From positions 6,386,001 to 6,450,000 of the forward strand of contig CM075994.1 of assembly GCA_038087875.1 (NCBI GenBank): a stretch of DNA of 64,000 nucleotides, given 5' to 3'. The notes under the pieces were generated by a model, which was not told where the DNA came from, searched no databases, and was given only the letters and a program-made list of their open reading frames with translations. This document shows positions 12,901-25,568 of the stretch, piece after piece. The DNA is from Malacoraja senta (taxonomy: Eukaryota). The position numbers and the translations under genes are program-made. The number at the start of each line of letters is the position of its first letter. Position 1 is the stretch's first letter.

Positions 12901-13159
12901 CGAGATGAGGAAATCATTTTTTACACAGAGAGTGGTGAATCTGTGGAATTCTCTGCCACAGAAGGTAGTTGAGGCCAGTTCATTGGCTATATTTAAGAGG
13001 GAGTTAGATGTGGCCTTGTGGCTAAAGGGATCATGGGGTATGGAGAGAAGGCAGGGATGGGATACTGAGTTGGATGATCAGCCATGATCATATCAAATGG
13101 CGGTGCAGGCTCGAAGGGCCGAATGGCCTACTCCTGCACCTATTTTCTATGTTTCTATG
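9918..13159 (+). mobile_element. CR1 LINE: end of ORF1 (SGNH esterase) plus near-complete ORF2 (APE endonuclease + RT), with a few disablements
   Basis: MNTWLEKWCKGEGFKFLGHW..DGLHL (ORF1); YLNARSI, GITETWL, VYRPPN, MGDFN, SDHN (EN); RT motifs; same tail as the 7372-9199 copy. Confidence 0.96.
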
Positions 13160-13841
13160 ACTGTCCCCAACTCTGCTGCAGCTGACAGGGACGTTGCTAG
13201 GTTTATGGCCCCGTGTGTCCGCTGCCCGGAGCCGCGGCCCCGCTCCACCCGGCTCCATGTGTGGGCGCTGCCGACCCACTGCCCGTCACAGTGAGCCACA
13301 CAGCGGGAGAAGGGGGGGGTGGCCGGGCAGCGCTGACCCCGGGGGGGAGAGTGGGGGCTGTCCCGAGGGATCCGCTCCTTTGGCCGCTTACACCTTGGTG
13401 CTCGGGTTCAGAGCGCTCAGTCACCTTCCAGCCCCGGGCGGTCGTGGACCGGGACTTGCCCTCAATGCTCCGACATGCTGCTCTTTCGCAAGTCAGTGAG
13501 CAGCAGTGATTTTGCTGGTTTTCTCTCACGGTTACCCCTATTTCCACAATTTTTTACAGCGCTAAAATTGACCATTTTGGCAGTTTTTAACAGGTAAGAA
13601 CGTACATGCTTCATGTGTTACTAGTGTATGCCAGAAGCTGCCTTCCACTCCAGAAGGATTGAGCTACTCCATGCATCACGCCCTTTGACCTTAAGATCTT
13701 ACGTGCAACTTCCCTATAGACACAAAAACATTTCCACGGTTTTTATTTTGATTTTTTTTTTTGGATCACCAATAATTTTTTTTTGTCTGGGGGCTTAACT
13801 GAAATAGGCGGCCGTGATGTGATTCGAATTACTTCTGGAAC

Positions 13842-16725
13842 CACAATTAGAACGCAGGGAACAAGAGGAACTGGGAGCACAAATTACTTCTAAGGAGATA
13901 GAAGACACAATAAAAACACTAAAAAATGGAAAAACACCAGGACCAGACGGATTCAGTAATGAATTTTATAAATCTTTTTATGATATAGTTACTCCACGAT
14001 TACAAAAAATGTATACATATGCTTATAAAGAGCAAAACCTACCTGAAACACGAGCGGAATCAACGATCATATTAATACTTAAAAAAGATAAAAATATAGA
14101 AGAACCAGGATCATATAGAGCTATTGCTTTGTTAAATACGGATCAGAAAATAATAGCAAAAACATTAGCCAATAGATTAAGCAAGTATGTTAGTAGACTA
14201 ATACATGAGGATCAAACAGGATTTATACCTAAGAGACACTCATTTAATAATTTGAGACGTTTGCTTAACATAATGCATTCACATAAATCTGATGACCAAG
14301 AGTTAGCTATCATCTCACTGGACGCAGAAAAAGCGTTTGATCAAGTAGAATGGGACTATATGATCAAAGTATTGCAAAAATTCCAATTGGGAGAAAACTT
14401 TATTGCATGGATAAAACTACTATATAACAAACCTACGGCTAGAATACTAACTAATAATATATTATCTTCAAAATTCGAATTATCTAGGGGCAACAGACAA
14501 GGATGTTCACTATCACCGCTGTTATTTGCTTTGGTAATTGAACCCCTTGCTGAAAAAATAAGAACACACTCGAATATTCACGGTTATAACACAAAATATT
14601 CAAACAACAAACTATCCCTATATGCTGATGATGTACTACTGTACATCACAAAACCACAAATTAGTATACCAAATATATTAAACTTAATTGAGGACTTTGG
14701 ATCCTTTTCAGGATATAGAATAAATTGGAACAAAAGTGAAATTATGTCGATTAAACCAAAAGACTCAACACATCTCAGGAAATTCCCTTTTAAAATAGCT
14801 ATGGAAAAATTCAAATATTTAGGAATTGAGATTACTAGAAATTACCATGATATGTTTAAAGCTAATTATAATCCCCTACTTAAGAAATTAAATAATCTGA
14901 TTAAATTTTGGAAAACACTTCCGATGTCCTTAATAGGTAGGATAAATGCTATAAAAATGATTTTCTTGCCACAAATCCTTTACCTATTTCAATCAATACC
15001 TATATATCTCCCAAAAAAGTTTTTCAAAAAACTGGACTCAGACATTACAAATTTTATATGGGATTACAAATCCCACAGAATACAAAGAACACACCTTAAC
15101 AAACGAAAAGAGTTGGGGGGTCTAGCGCTCCCTAACTTTATGTATTATAACTGGGCAGTAAATATTAAAAATATGATTCACCTGCTGGACAATTCTGCCC
15201 AGCAGGTGGACTGGATTATAATGGAAAAAGGGGATTGCTCCCCGAATAATATAGGAGCGATTATTCTCTCTCCAATAAATTTGAATAATAAAAATTATAA
15301 TAAAAATCCAATTATATATAGCACTATTAGAACATGGAAGCAAATAAAACAGAATCTAAAATTAAGAAACCTATCTCCCTTAATACCAATAGTCAATAAC
15401 CCATCGTTTAAACCTTCAATCATAGATAAAGCATTTATACAATGGGAAAGAATGGGAATTAAAACGCTCGAAGATCTGTATGAATTAGAAAAATTACTAT
15501 CATTCCAACAACTACAACTGAAATATAATTTGAAAAATAATCAATATTTTAAATATCTACAAATCTGTGACTATTTGAAAACACACACAAAAGATTATTA
15601 TAATATGCCTTCCGACTTACTAGATGAAGCAATGAAGACAAAGGCGGAATCAGTTAATTTAATATCATACTTATATAATATCATCTTAAATATAGAAATA
15701 CCCACAACAGATGGAATTAGAAGAGATTGGGAACAAGATCTAGGTATAAAAATTTCAAAAGAGAGTTGGGATAATCATTTATTACAGGTGCATAAATGCT
15801 CGATCAACGTACGACATACGCTTATCCAATTTAAAACATTACATAGATTATATTATTCAAAAACCAAACTAAATAAAATCTTTCCTAACGTCTCACCAAT
15901 CTGTGATAAATGTATATGTCAAGAAGCTACCATAGCACATTCTTTTGTTTTTTGTACAAAAATCCAAAAATTCTGGTTTGAAATATTTGATATTTTTTCA
16001 AAATTAATCAAAATAAAACTGGTACCAAAACCAGAATGGATTATTTTTGGAATATCGGAAGGTATTCCTGAATTAAACGTGTATCAGAAGAATTTACTCA
16101 ATTATGGGCTAATAATGGGAAAAAAGCTTATACTTAAATTCTGGAAAAATGCGCCCACACCAACAATAAAAATGTGGACATCAAATATGTTGGAAACATT
16201 ACATCTGGAAGAGATGAGATTCCTCCTAGTAGGCAAAGTAGATCAATTTCAAAAGACGTGGTCTACGTTTTTGGACCTATTACAAGCATGAGGTGCAATA
16301 GTAATTTAGAAAAACAAATAAATAAATAAAAGGTATCTGGACCTGGTAATGGGAGGTAAAATAAAAACAGACTTGGTTGGTAGTTCCTTCTCTATGAAGT
16401 ATGGTATAAGAATTATAATAGAGCGATTGTTCCTTCTTTCTTTCTCTTTTTTTTTCTAGGGTCTATTTTCTAACTTTACTTCCTTCTCTAACTTCTTTTC
16501 TAAGGGGCTTTCTTTTCCCAACACTCTTTTGCACTTCACAACCTTTGTGCACTTTCTTCACTTTTCTTACTTCTTTCTTTTTCTTTCTTAAAGTTTAAAA
16601 AAGTGAAGCGGTACAAAAAATGTATTAATATATACGTGTTGTACATTACTGTAATCTACCGTACTTCTAAAAAATAAAAAAAATAAAAATAAAAAAAAAA
16701 AAATAAATAAAAAAAAAAAAAAAAA
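13842..16725 (+). mobile_element. Young 5'-truncated L1-clade LINE with open ORF2 (RT to C-terminal zinc knuckle), poly(A) tail and 16-bp TSD
   Basis: The frame is open from the truncation point (QLERREQ..KTPGPDGF) to TGA at 16291. YADD motif, CDKC..HSFVFC. TSD GAATTACTTCTGGAAC at 13826-13841 and 16726-16741. Confidence 0.97.
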
Positions 16726-17004
16726 GAATTACTTCTGGAACTCGGAGCTTGCTTATCCAGTTACTGCCGCATAACTGCCTTGTGGCGCTCCGTGTATTAA
16801 TCGTGTAAAGAAATTGTTCTCCTCGCATGCATTTAGAATCATCAGTGCCTGTCATGTGATGCTGGTTTACAAAAAAAGTCACCAGGTGCTGCCGTTATTC
16901 AGAGGCTCAGGCACCATCTATAGAGAAGTTGCTTATTTTCAGGAAGGGATCCTTCTTCAAATTGATTGCAGAGAGAAGAGATGAAATGTGAGAGAGCGAA
17001 GGCA

Positions 17005-17262
17005 CAGGGCCGGAATGTGGTGCAGCGGAAGAGTTGCTGCCTTACATCGCCAGAGACCCAGGTTCGATGCTGACTGCGGGTGCTGCGTGTACAGAGTTTG
17101 TACATTTTCCCTGTGACCTGCATGGGTTCTCTCCGGGAGCCCCTCACATTCCAAATATGTTAATTGGCTTTGGTTAAAAAAAAAAGAATATTGTCCCTAG
17201 TGTGTGCAGGATAGTGCTAGTGTACGGGGATCGCTGGTCGGCGTGGATTCGGTGGGCCTAAG
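17005..17262 (+). mobile_element. HE1/V-type SINE
   Basis: A/B boxes, central domain, tail gatcgctggtcggcgtggattcggtgggcc. Confidence 0.8.
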
Positions 17263-17934
17263 GTCAGAAGTGATAGGAGCGGAACTATGCCATTCGACTC
17301 ATCAAGTCTACTCCGCCATTCAATGATGGCTGATTTATCTCTCCATCCTATCCCCATTCATCTGCCTTCTCCACATAACCTGTATTAATCAAGAATCTAT
17401 CTATCTCTGCCTTACAAATATCCATTGACTTGGCCTCCACAGCCTTCTGTTCAAAGGGTCTGTTTCCACGCTTTAAACTAAACTAAAGTTGAACCAAGAG
17501 TGGCAGGTGAATACAGGTGATGGGGCTGTTTTTGAGGGGTACATGGTTGAACAGAGGACAGACATGAAGAGACGTGAATAAAATGATATGGTATATTTAT
17601 CCAACATGGAAACAAAATGTTGGAGTAACTCAGCGGGTCAGGCAGCATTTCTGGAGAGGTGGAATGGGTGACGTTTCGCATCGAGACCCTTCTTCAGTTT
17701 AAACCAAAAGCTTTCTGTGGTCTGTCTCCACGCTGCCCCCAGGTTAGTTGGCATTTGGCTGCTGCTCTTCGTCACCTGGTGGAAGTGCACAAAATCAGAT
17801 TCGGGCAAAAGGGCTTAGTGCCCCGAACTCCCCGTGATTACACAACCAGCTTACCGGGGACGCATCGAATGTCCAGTTCAGTTAGTTTATTGTGTAGTGC
17901 AGAGGAAAAACAGAACATGAACTATCTTTATTGA

Positions 17935-18712
17935 AATCCCCCATCACCACAGTGGCATTACCTTTATTACATGCCAGTATATAACTCCTGCTGCAACTTA
18001 CACCCTACATCCGGGCTACTATTTGGGGGTCTGTAAATAACACCAATTAGTGTCTTCTTGCCTTTGCAATTCCTCAACTCAATCCACAGTGACTCTACCT
18101 CGTCAGTCCCTATGTCTTCCCTCGCAAGGGACTGAATTCCATTCCTCACCAGAAGAGCTTCCCCCCCCCCCCCTCCTCTGCCCATCTGCCTGTACTTTCT
18201 ATAGGATGTATAACCCTGAATATTAAGTTCCCAGATGCGATCCTCCTGCAGCCACGTCTCGGTAATCCCCACAATGTCATATCTCCCAACCTCTAACTGA
18301 GCCTCAAGCTCATCTACTTTACTTCTTATACTTCGCGCATTCAAATACAGTACTTTTAATTCCTTACGCATCTCACCATTCACATCGATCCCTACTACAT
18401 TTGGCCATACTCTCCTATCCCTTTATGAGCTTTCTTTCCCGTTAATTCTGGGGTCATTAACTATCCCTTTACTCCCTTTCCCTTTAACGCCGTCCTTGAC
18501 TATCCCATTTGACACCCCCTCCCCCCTTATTTAGTTTAAAACCACCTGTGCCACAGTGGCAAACCTGCCTGCCAGAATGCCGGTCCCCTACCTGTTTAGG
18601 TGCAATCCGTCCCTTTTGTTCAGTTCCCCCTTACTCCAAAACAGATCCCAGTGATCTACGAATCTAAATCCCTGCCCCCTGCACCAGTTGCCCAGCCACA
18701 CATTCAGGGGAA
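17935..18712 (-). mobile_element. CR1 fragment (ORF1 end and endonuclease N-terminus)
   Basis: LKVLYLNARSIRSK..VGITETWL..IYRPPN. Confidence 0.9.
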
Positions 18713-18725
18713 CTGTTGCAGGAGG

Positions 18726-19095
18726 CAGGGATTTATTTCAATCCAACCATATTTTCATTTTCAAACCACATTAAGGTCACTCAAGGTCAGTAAAACCAAA
18801 CTCACAGAGAGACGTGGCCCTCTCGCTCCCCCATCTTGCAGAAACTGACTGAGGCACTCAACACTTCCGGGTTTTATAGTCCCTCCGGAAGGGACGTGGC
18901 CTTCAGGAGAGAGAATCTCAACATTTTTTAAACACTAATAACTCTTTTATTTTTCATTGATGGGAAAAACCCTCTTGTCCTGCACAGCGGAGGGGGACTT
19001 TGAGTAAGATGGCCAAAAATCACAGCCGTAAGTCACAGCGTTTTTTCTAAAATTAATATACAGAACAACAGGAAGTGGTCAAGAACAGACTTTTA
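18726..19095 (-). mobile_element. 5' part of a non-autonomous Helitron-like element
   Basis: Reverse complement matches the start of the 25569-27235 element (aaaagtct..cttgac.acttcctg..gtgatttttggccatcttactca). Confidence 0.7.
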
Positions 19096-19208
19096 TGTAT
19101 ATGTATATGTATATATATGTATACGTGAGTGTAAATATATGTCTATATATGTAATCTATTTATCTGTCCCTTTACCTATATAGATATGTATAGATATATA
19201 TTTCTATA

Positions 19209-19639
19209 NNNNNNNNNNNNNNNNNNNNNNNNNNNNNNNNNNNNNNNNNNNNNNNNNNNNNNNNNNNNNNNNNNNNNNNNNNNNNNNNNNNNNNNNNNNN
19301 NNNNNNNNNNNNNNNNNNNNNNNNNNNNNNNNNNNNNNNNNNNNNNNNNNNNNNNNNNNNNNNNNNNNNNNNNNNNNNNNNNNNNNNNNNNNNNNNNNNN
19401 NNNNNNNNNNNNNNNNNNNNNNNNNNNNNNNNNNNNNNNNNNNNNNNNNNNNNNNNNNNNNNNNNNNNNNNNNNNNNNNNNNNNNNNNNNNNNNNNNNNN
19501 NNNNNNNNNNNNNNNNNNNNNNNNNNNNNNNNNNNNNNNNNNNNNNNNNNNNNNNNNNNNNNNNNNNNNNNNNNNNNNNNNNNNNNNNNNNNNNNNNNNN
19601 NNNNNNNNNNNNNNNNNNNNNNNNNNNNNNNNNNNNNNN
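19209..19639. other. Assembly gap flanked by TA/CA microsatellites
   Basis: Run of N. Confidence 1.
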
Positions 19640-19844
19640 ACACACATAAACACAGGCACACATATACATATATATATATATATATAACTAATCTGTGCGT
19701 GTGTATAGATATCTATTAGATATGTAGATATGTGCAGATAGATAGGTACATTAAAAAAATCTTTTTGGGACACATATGTAAGGAAGAAGCTGCTCCTGAA
19801 CCTGGACGTTACCATTTTCAGGCTCCTGTACCTTATTACCATAT

Positions 19845-21115
19845 AACCAAATAACAATTACAGCATGGAAACAGGCCATCTCGGCCCTTCAAGTCCATGC
19901 CGAACACTTTTTCTCCCCTAGTCCCATCTACCTGCACTCAGACCATAACCCTCCATTCCTTTCTCGTCCATATACCCATCCAATCTATTTTTAAATGATA
20001 AAAATCGAACCTGCCTCCACCACTTCCACTGGAAGCTCATTCCACACAGCTACCACTCTCTGAGTTTCTGGTCGATACACTTCTTCAGACCAGGCATGGA
20101 ACCAAATTGAGCCTCCGGGTGTTCGCTGGAAGACACTGAGTCTAAAGAAGGGTCTCGACCCGAAACATCACCCATTCCTTCTCTCCAGAGATGCTGCCTG
20201 CCCCGCTGAGTTACTCCAGCATTTTTGTGTCTATCTTCAGAGTTCCCTGGAGACTAGACGTGGTATCAGACAACTGAACCATCCCACCACCACCAGACAG
20301 CAGTGCTGAACTACAATCTACCAGATTGTTGTCCCTTGGACTACCCTTGAACGTACTTTGCTGGCTTAACTTTATTAATTAAACATTATTCCCATAACAT
20401 GTATCTATAAACTGTAAATGGATCGATTTTAATCATGTATGGTCTTTCCACTGACTGGATAGCATGCAAAGCGTCAGAATGATAGTGTGGAAACAGGCCC
20501 TTTGGCCCCACTTGCCCACACCGGCCAACATGTCCCAGCTACACCAGTCCCACCTGCCTGCGTTTGGTCCATATACCGCCAAACCTGTCCTATCCATGTA
20601 CCTGTAAATATTGGGATAGTCCCTGCCTCAACTACCTCCTCTTGCAGCTTGTTCCATACACCCACCACTTTTTGTGTGAAAAGTTTACCCCTCACATTTC
20701 TATTAAATCTTTTCCCCTTCACCTTAAACTTATATCATCTGGTCCTCGATTCCCCAAACTCTGGGCAAGAGTCTCTGTGTATCTACCCGATCTATTGCTC
20801 TCATGATAGTATACACCTCAATAAGATCACTCCTCATCCTCCTGCGCTCTAAGGAATAGAGTCCCAGCCTACAGCTCAGACCATCTAGTCCTAGCAGCAT
20901 AGTTGTAAATCTTCTCTGCCCCCTTTCCAGCTTGGCATCAAAAGATTTTTGCTGTACCTCGGTAGACATGACAATAAACTAACTGAAGATAGACACAAAC
21001 GGTTGGAGTAACTCAGCGGGACAGGCAGCATCTCCTCAGTCTGAAGAAGGGTCTCGACTCGAAATGTCACCCAATCCTTCTCTCAAGAGATGCTGCCTGT
21101 CCCGTTGAGTTACTC
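19845..21115. mobile_element. Mosaic of CR1 3' ends (minus), a Rex1/Babar tail (plus) and PLE pLTR copies
   Basis: CR1 C-terminal ORFs at 20474-20969, tail gacaataaactaactga, pLTR cores at about 20143 and 21041. Confidence 0.75.
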
Positions 21116-22768
21116 CAGGGACGCGCGGTCATGGGAGGCAGGGGAGGCAGGGGAGGCAGAGTCTCACCTGTCATACTCCCAATGAAAATAGCTGTTAAGA
21201 AAAGTAAAGTAAAATTAATAATAAAATAAAATAAATATCAAGATTTTTCCACTGATCTGTTATAAATATCATTTCTATATGAATCTAATCATTTTTTATG
21301 GGCAAATTCACCAAATTTGAGCAAATTTGATTGTGCAATCCCTCAGAAACTGGAAGGAGCGCGGGCAATAAGCGTGTGCCTGTTACTATCTCTCTGTATG
21401 TCACCAATGTAATGTTTGTAAACCCCTTCATTACATGTCCTCACCTTCCATAGTCCAGGTAACTTATTTCACATATAAATATATTAAATTTGTGCTCGCT
21501 GGTCTCACATTAAACTGCAATGTAAAAGCTGCAGGACAGGCTGCGATCACATCTGCCTAACAAGGGGGCGTGCCTTGAGCCCAGTGGAGGAAGAGCGAGC
21601 GTCAAATACGTAGGCTCATCCTACGTAATTGACGCTGCCTCGCACTTCTTCCACGTTAGCTTGCTTCAGCAGCGGCTGTGCAGCACTGGATTCCACCGCT
21701 GGCGGCGCTGACCAAAGCTCAGATACGCCATGCTCATAGCAAGATACGGCACTCGGCGAAAAAACGGTCATTGGGAAGGTAGACTTTGTCGGTACATTAG
21801 AAAGTTATTAGATTTTTTAAAAATAGATCTATACTTATCACAATAATAAAGTCATCAATTTTTGTACATATGTACATTTTTGTTTTGTTCTTGTAAGGCA
21901 GGAGTCTCCAAAATATAGCTCGCGGGACACATCAACCCATCATGAGATTTTTAAAGCTCAGATTCGAGTCGGGGAACGCGGCGGTCCGGGGCTGATCTTT
22001 GTGTTGTTACCGGTTAGATCCCTCGAATTGTCAGAACTGAGACATCATTGGGCCGCCGTGAAGTTCGGCGGCGGTCAGAATGGGACGACTGCGGGTTATA
22101 ACGTGCCATCGTTCCTCTCTCCCTTCTCTCTCTCCCCCTTCTCTCTCTCTCTCTCTGCCCCTTCCGTCTCTCTCCCCATTCTCTCTCTCTCTCCTTTCTC
22201 TCTCTCCCTTCTCTCTCTCCCTCTCTCTCACCCTCTCCCCCTTCTCTCTCTCTCTGCCCCTTCTGTCTCTCTCCCCATTCTCTCCCCATTNNNNNNNNNN
22301 NNNNNNNNNNNNNNNNNNNNNNNNNNNNNNNNNNNNNNNNNNNNNNNNNNNNNNNNNNNNNNNNNNNNNNNNNNNNNNNNNNNNNNNNNNNNNNNNNNNN
22401 NNNNNNNNNNNNNNNNNNNNNNNNNNNNNNNNNNNNNNNNNNNNNNNNNNNNNNNNNNNNNNNNNNNNNNNNNNNNNNNNNNNNNNNNNNNNNNNNNNNN
22501 NNNNNNNNNNNNNNNNNNNNNNNNNNNNNNNNNNNNNNNNNNNNNNNNNNNNNNNNNNNNNNNNNNNNNNNNNNNNNNNNNNNNNNNNNNNNNNNNNNNN
22601 NNNNNNNNNNNNNNNNNNNNNNNNNNNNNNNNNNNNNNNNNNNNNNNNNNNNNNNNNNNNCTCCACCCCTCTCTCTCCTCGGGGAGACGCGGTGATCAAT
22701 ACAGGGAGGGCCGGGCCACTGATACTAGCCAGTGCCTCCCCAGCCATTGACCTCACCGCACGTCACTG
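21116..22768 (+). mobile_element. Non-autonomous hAT DNA transposon with 8-bp TSD, inserted in a PLE pLTR (contains a CT microsatellite and the gap 22291-22660)
   Basis: Imperfect TIRs CAGGGACGCGCGGT / revcomp CAGTGACGTGCGGT. Flanks AGTTACTC (21108-21115) and AATTACAC (22769-22776). The pLTR resumes cagctttttgtgtctatc. Confidence 0.8.
22291..22660. other. Assembly gap
   Basis: Run of N. Confidence 1.
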
Positions 22769-22809
22769 AATTACACCAGCTTTTTGTGTCTATCCTCGGT
22801 CTTAACCAG

Positions 22810-25273
22810 AATATGCAGGTAGACTGGGAAAATCAGGTTGGTTCAGGACCCCAAGAAAGAGAGTTTGTAGAGTGTCTGAGATGGATTCTTAGAGCAGCTT
22901 GTAATGGAGCCGACCAGAGAAAGGGCAATTCTGGATTTAGTGTTGTCCAATGAACCAACTTTGATAAGAGAACTCGAGGTAAAGGAACCGCTTGGAGGTA
23001 GTGATCATAATATGCTTCGTTTTAATCTGCAATTTGAGAAGGAGAATGTTAAATTGGAAGTGGCAGTGATGCAGCTGAACAAAGGGGATTATGAAGGCCT
23101 GAGAGAGGAGCTGGCCAAGGTAGACTGGAAAGGGATACTAGCAGGAATGACGGTGGAACAGCAATGGCAGGAATTTCTGGGCATAATCCGGAAGACACAG
23201 GATCATTTCATTCCAAAAAGGAAGAAAGATCCTAAGGGGAGTAGGAGGCAACCGTGGCTGACAAGAGAAGTTAGGGATAGAATAAAACTAAAAGAAATGA
23301 TGTATAACACAGCAAAGAATAGCTGGAAGCCAGAGGATTGGGAAACTTTCATAGGACAACAGAAGGAAACAAAACGGGTAATACTGGCTGAAAAGATGAA
23401 GTACGAAGGGAAGCTGGCCAGGAATATAAAGAAGGACAGTAAAAGCTTCTTTAGATATGTTAAGGGAAAAAGAGTAGCAAAGTCAAATGTGGGTCCCTTG
23501 AAGGCAGACATGGGTGAAATTGTTATGGGGAACAAGGAAATGGTAGAAGAGTTGAACAGGTACTTCGGATCTGTCTTCACTAAGGAAGACACAAACAATC
23601 TCCCAGAAGTACTGGGGACCGAGGATCTAAGGGGGTCGAGGAACTGAAAGAATTTTTCATTAGCCGAGAAATGGTATTGGGTAGGCTAATGGGACTGAAG
23701 GATGATAAATCCCCGGGGCCTGATGGACTGCATCCCAGGGTCCTCAGGGAGGTGGCTCTAGAAATAGTGGACGCATTTGGTGATCATTTTCAAATGTTCA
23801 ATAGATTCAGGATCAGTTCCTGTGGATTGGAGGATAGCTAATGTTATCCCACTTTTCAAGAAAGGAGCGAGAGAGAAAACGGGGAATTACAGACCAGTTA
23901 GGCTGACCGGTGGTGGGAAGGATGCTGGAATCAATAATTAAAGAGGTAATAATGGGGCATCTGGTTAGCAGTAAAAGGATTAGTCCAAGTCAGCATGGAT
24001 TTATGAAAGGAAAACCATGCTTGACTAATCTTCTGGAATTTTTTGAGGATGTGACAAGTAAAATGGATGAAGTGGAGCCAGTGGATGTAGTGTATCTGGA
24101 CTTTCAGAAAGCCTTTGATAATGTCCCGCACGGGAGACTGGTGACTAAAATTAGAGCGCATGGTATTGGGGGTAGGGTGTTGACGTGGATAGAAAATTGG
24201 TTGGCAGGCAGCAAGCAAAGAGTTGGAGTGAACGGGCCTTTTCAGAATGGCAGGCCGAGTGGAGTGCCACAAGGCTCGGTGTTGGGGCCGCAACTGTTTA
24301 CCATATATATTAATGATGTGGAAGAGGGAATTAGGAGCAACACTTACAAGTTTGCGGATGACACAAAGCTGGGTGGCAGTGTGAACTGTGAAGAGGATGT
24401 TAGGAGATTGCAGGATGACCTGGACAGGTTGAGTGAGTGGGCAGGTGCATGGCAGATGCAGTATAATATAGATAAATGTGAGGTTATCCACTTTGGTGGC
24501 AAAAACAAGGGTGCAGATTATTATCTCAATGGGGTTAGGTTAGGTAAGGGGGAGGTACAGCGAGACCTGGGTGTCACTGAAGTTGGCGTGCAGGTACAGC
24601 AGGCAGTGAAGAAAGCTAATGGAATGTTGGCCTTCATAACAAGAGGATTTCAGCATTGGAGTAGAGAGGTTCTTCTGCAGTTATGTCGGGCTCTGGTAAG
24701 ACCACATCTGGAGTATTATGTACAGTTTTGGTCTCCTAATTTGAGGAAGGACATCCTTGTGATTGAGGCAGTGCAGCGTAGGTTCACGAGATTGATCCCT
24801 GGGATGGCGGGACTGTCATACGAGGAAAGATTGAAAAGACTAGGCTTGTATTCACTAGAGTTTAGAAGGATGTGGGGGGATCTTATAGAAACATATAAAA
24901 TTATAAAAGGACTGGACAAGCTCGATGCAGGAAAAATGTTCCCAATTTTGGGCGAGTGCAGAACCAGGGGCCACAGTCTTAGAATAAAGGGGAGGCCATT
25001 TAAGGCTGAGGTGAGAAAAAACTTTTTCACCCAGAGAGTTGTGAATTTGAGGAATTCCCTGCCACAGAGGGCAGTGGAGGCCAAATCACTGGATGGATTT
25101 AAGGGAGAGTTAGATAGAGCTCTAGAGGCTAGTGGAATCAAGGGATATGGGGAGAAGGCAGGCACGGGTTACTGATTGGGACGATCAGCCATGATCGCAA
25201 TGAATGGCGGTGCTGGCTCGAAGGGCCGAATGGCCTCCTCCTGCACCTATTTTCTATGATTCTATGATTCTAT
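22810..25273 (+). mobile_element. CR1 LINE (second subfamily), 5'-truncated within the endonuclease, disrupted
   Basis: AILDLVLSNE, SDHN, LDFQKAFD, KFADDTKLGG. Tail ctattttctatgattctatgattctatga. Confidence 0.95.
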
Positions 25274-25274
25274 G

Positions 25275-25568
25275 AAAGCACAGCAAATGGTTGTTGGTGG
25301 TGGTTGGTTTGAAATAAAGCACAGCAAATGGTTGTTGGGGTGGTTGGTTTGAAACAAAGCACAGAAAATGGTTGTTGGTGGTGGTTGGTTTGAAATAAAG
25401 CACAGCAAATGGTTGTTGGTGGTGGTTGGTTTGAAATAAAACACAGCAAATGGTTGTTGGTGGTGGTTGGTTTGAAATAAAGCACAGCAAATGGTTGTTG
25501 GTGGTGGTTGGTTTGAAATAAAGCACAGCAAATGGTTGGTGGTGGTGGTTGGTTTGAAATAAAGCACA
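25275..25568. repeat. 41-bp minisatellite, about 7 copies
   Basis: Unit aaagcacagcaaatggttgttggtggtggttggtttgaaat. Confidence 0.92.

Noticed and set aside
17744-17775. Candidate terminal exon of the mucin-ITIM gene (S-DEEQQPNAN-stop, phase 1, good acceptor)
   Set aside because: It is phase-compatible but 10 kb away. A nearby donor at 17854 implies another unexplained exon, and no poly(A) signal was found. Not supportable without cDNA.
19172-19857. ORFs spanning N runs (also 22001-22769, 41532-42041, 54537-55223)
   Set aside because: Artefacts of assembly gaps.
25275-25568. 41-bp and 48-bp arrays as CRISPR-like
   Set aside because: Contiguous tandem units with no unique spacers, in vertebrate DNA.
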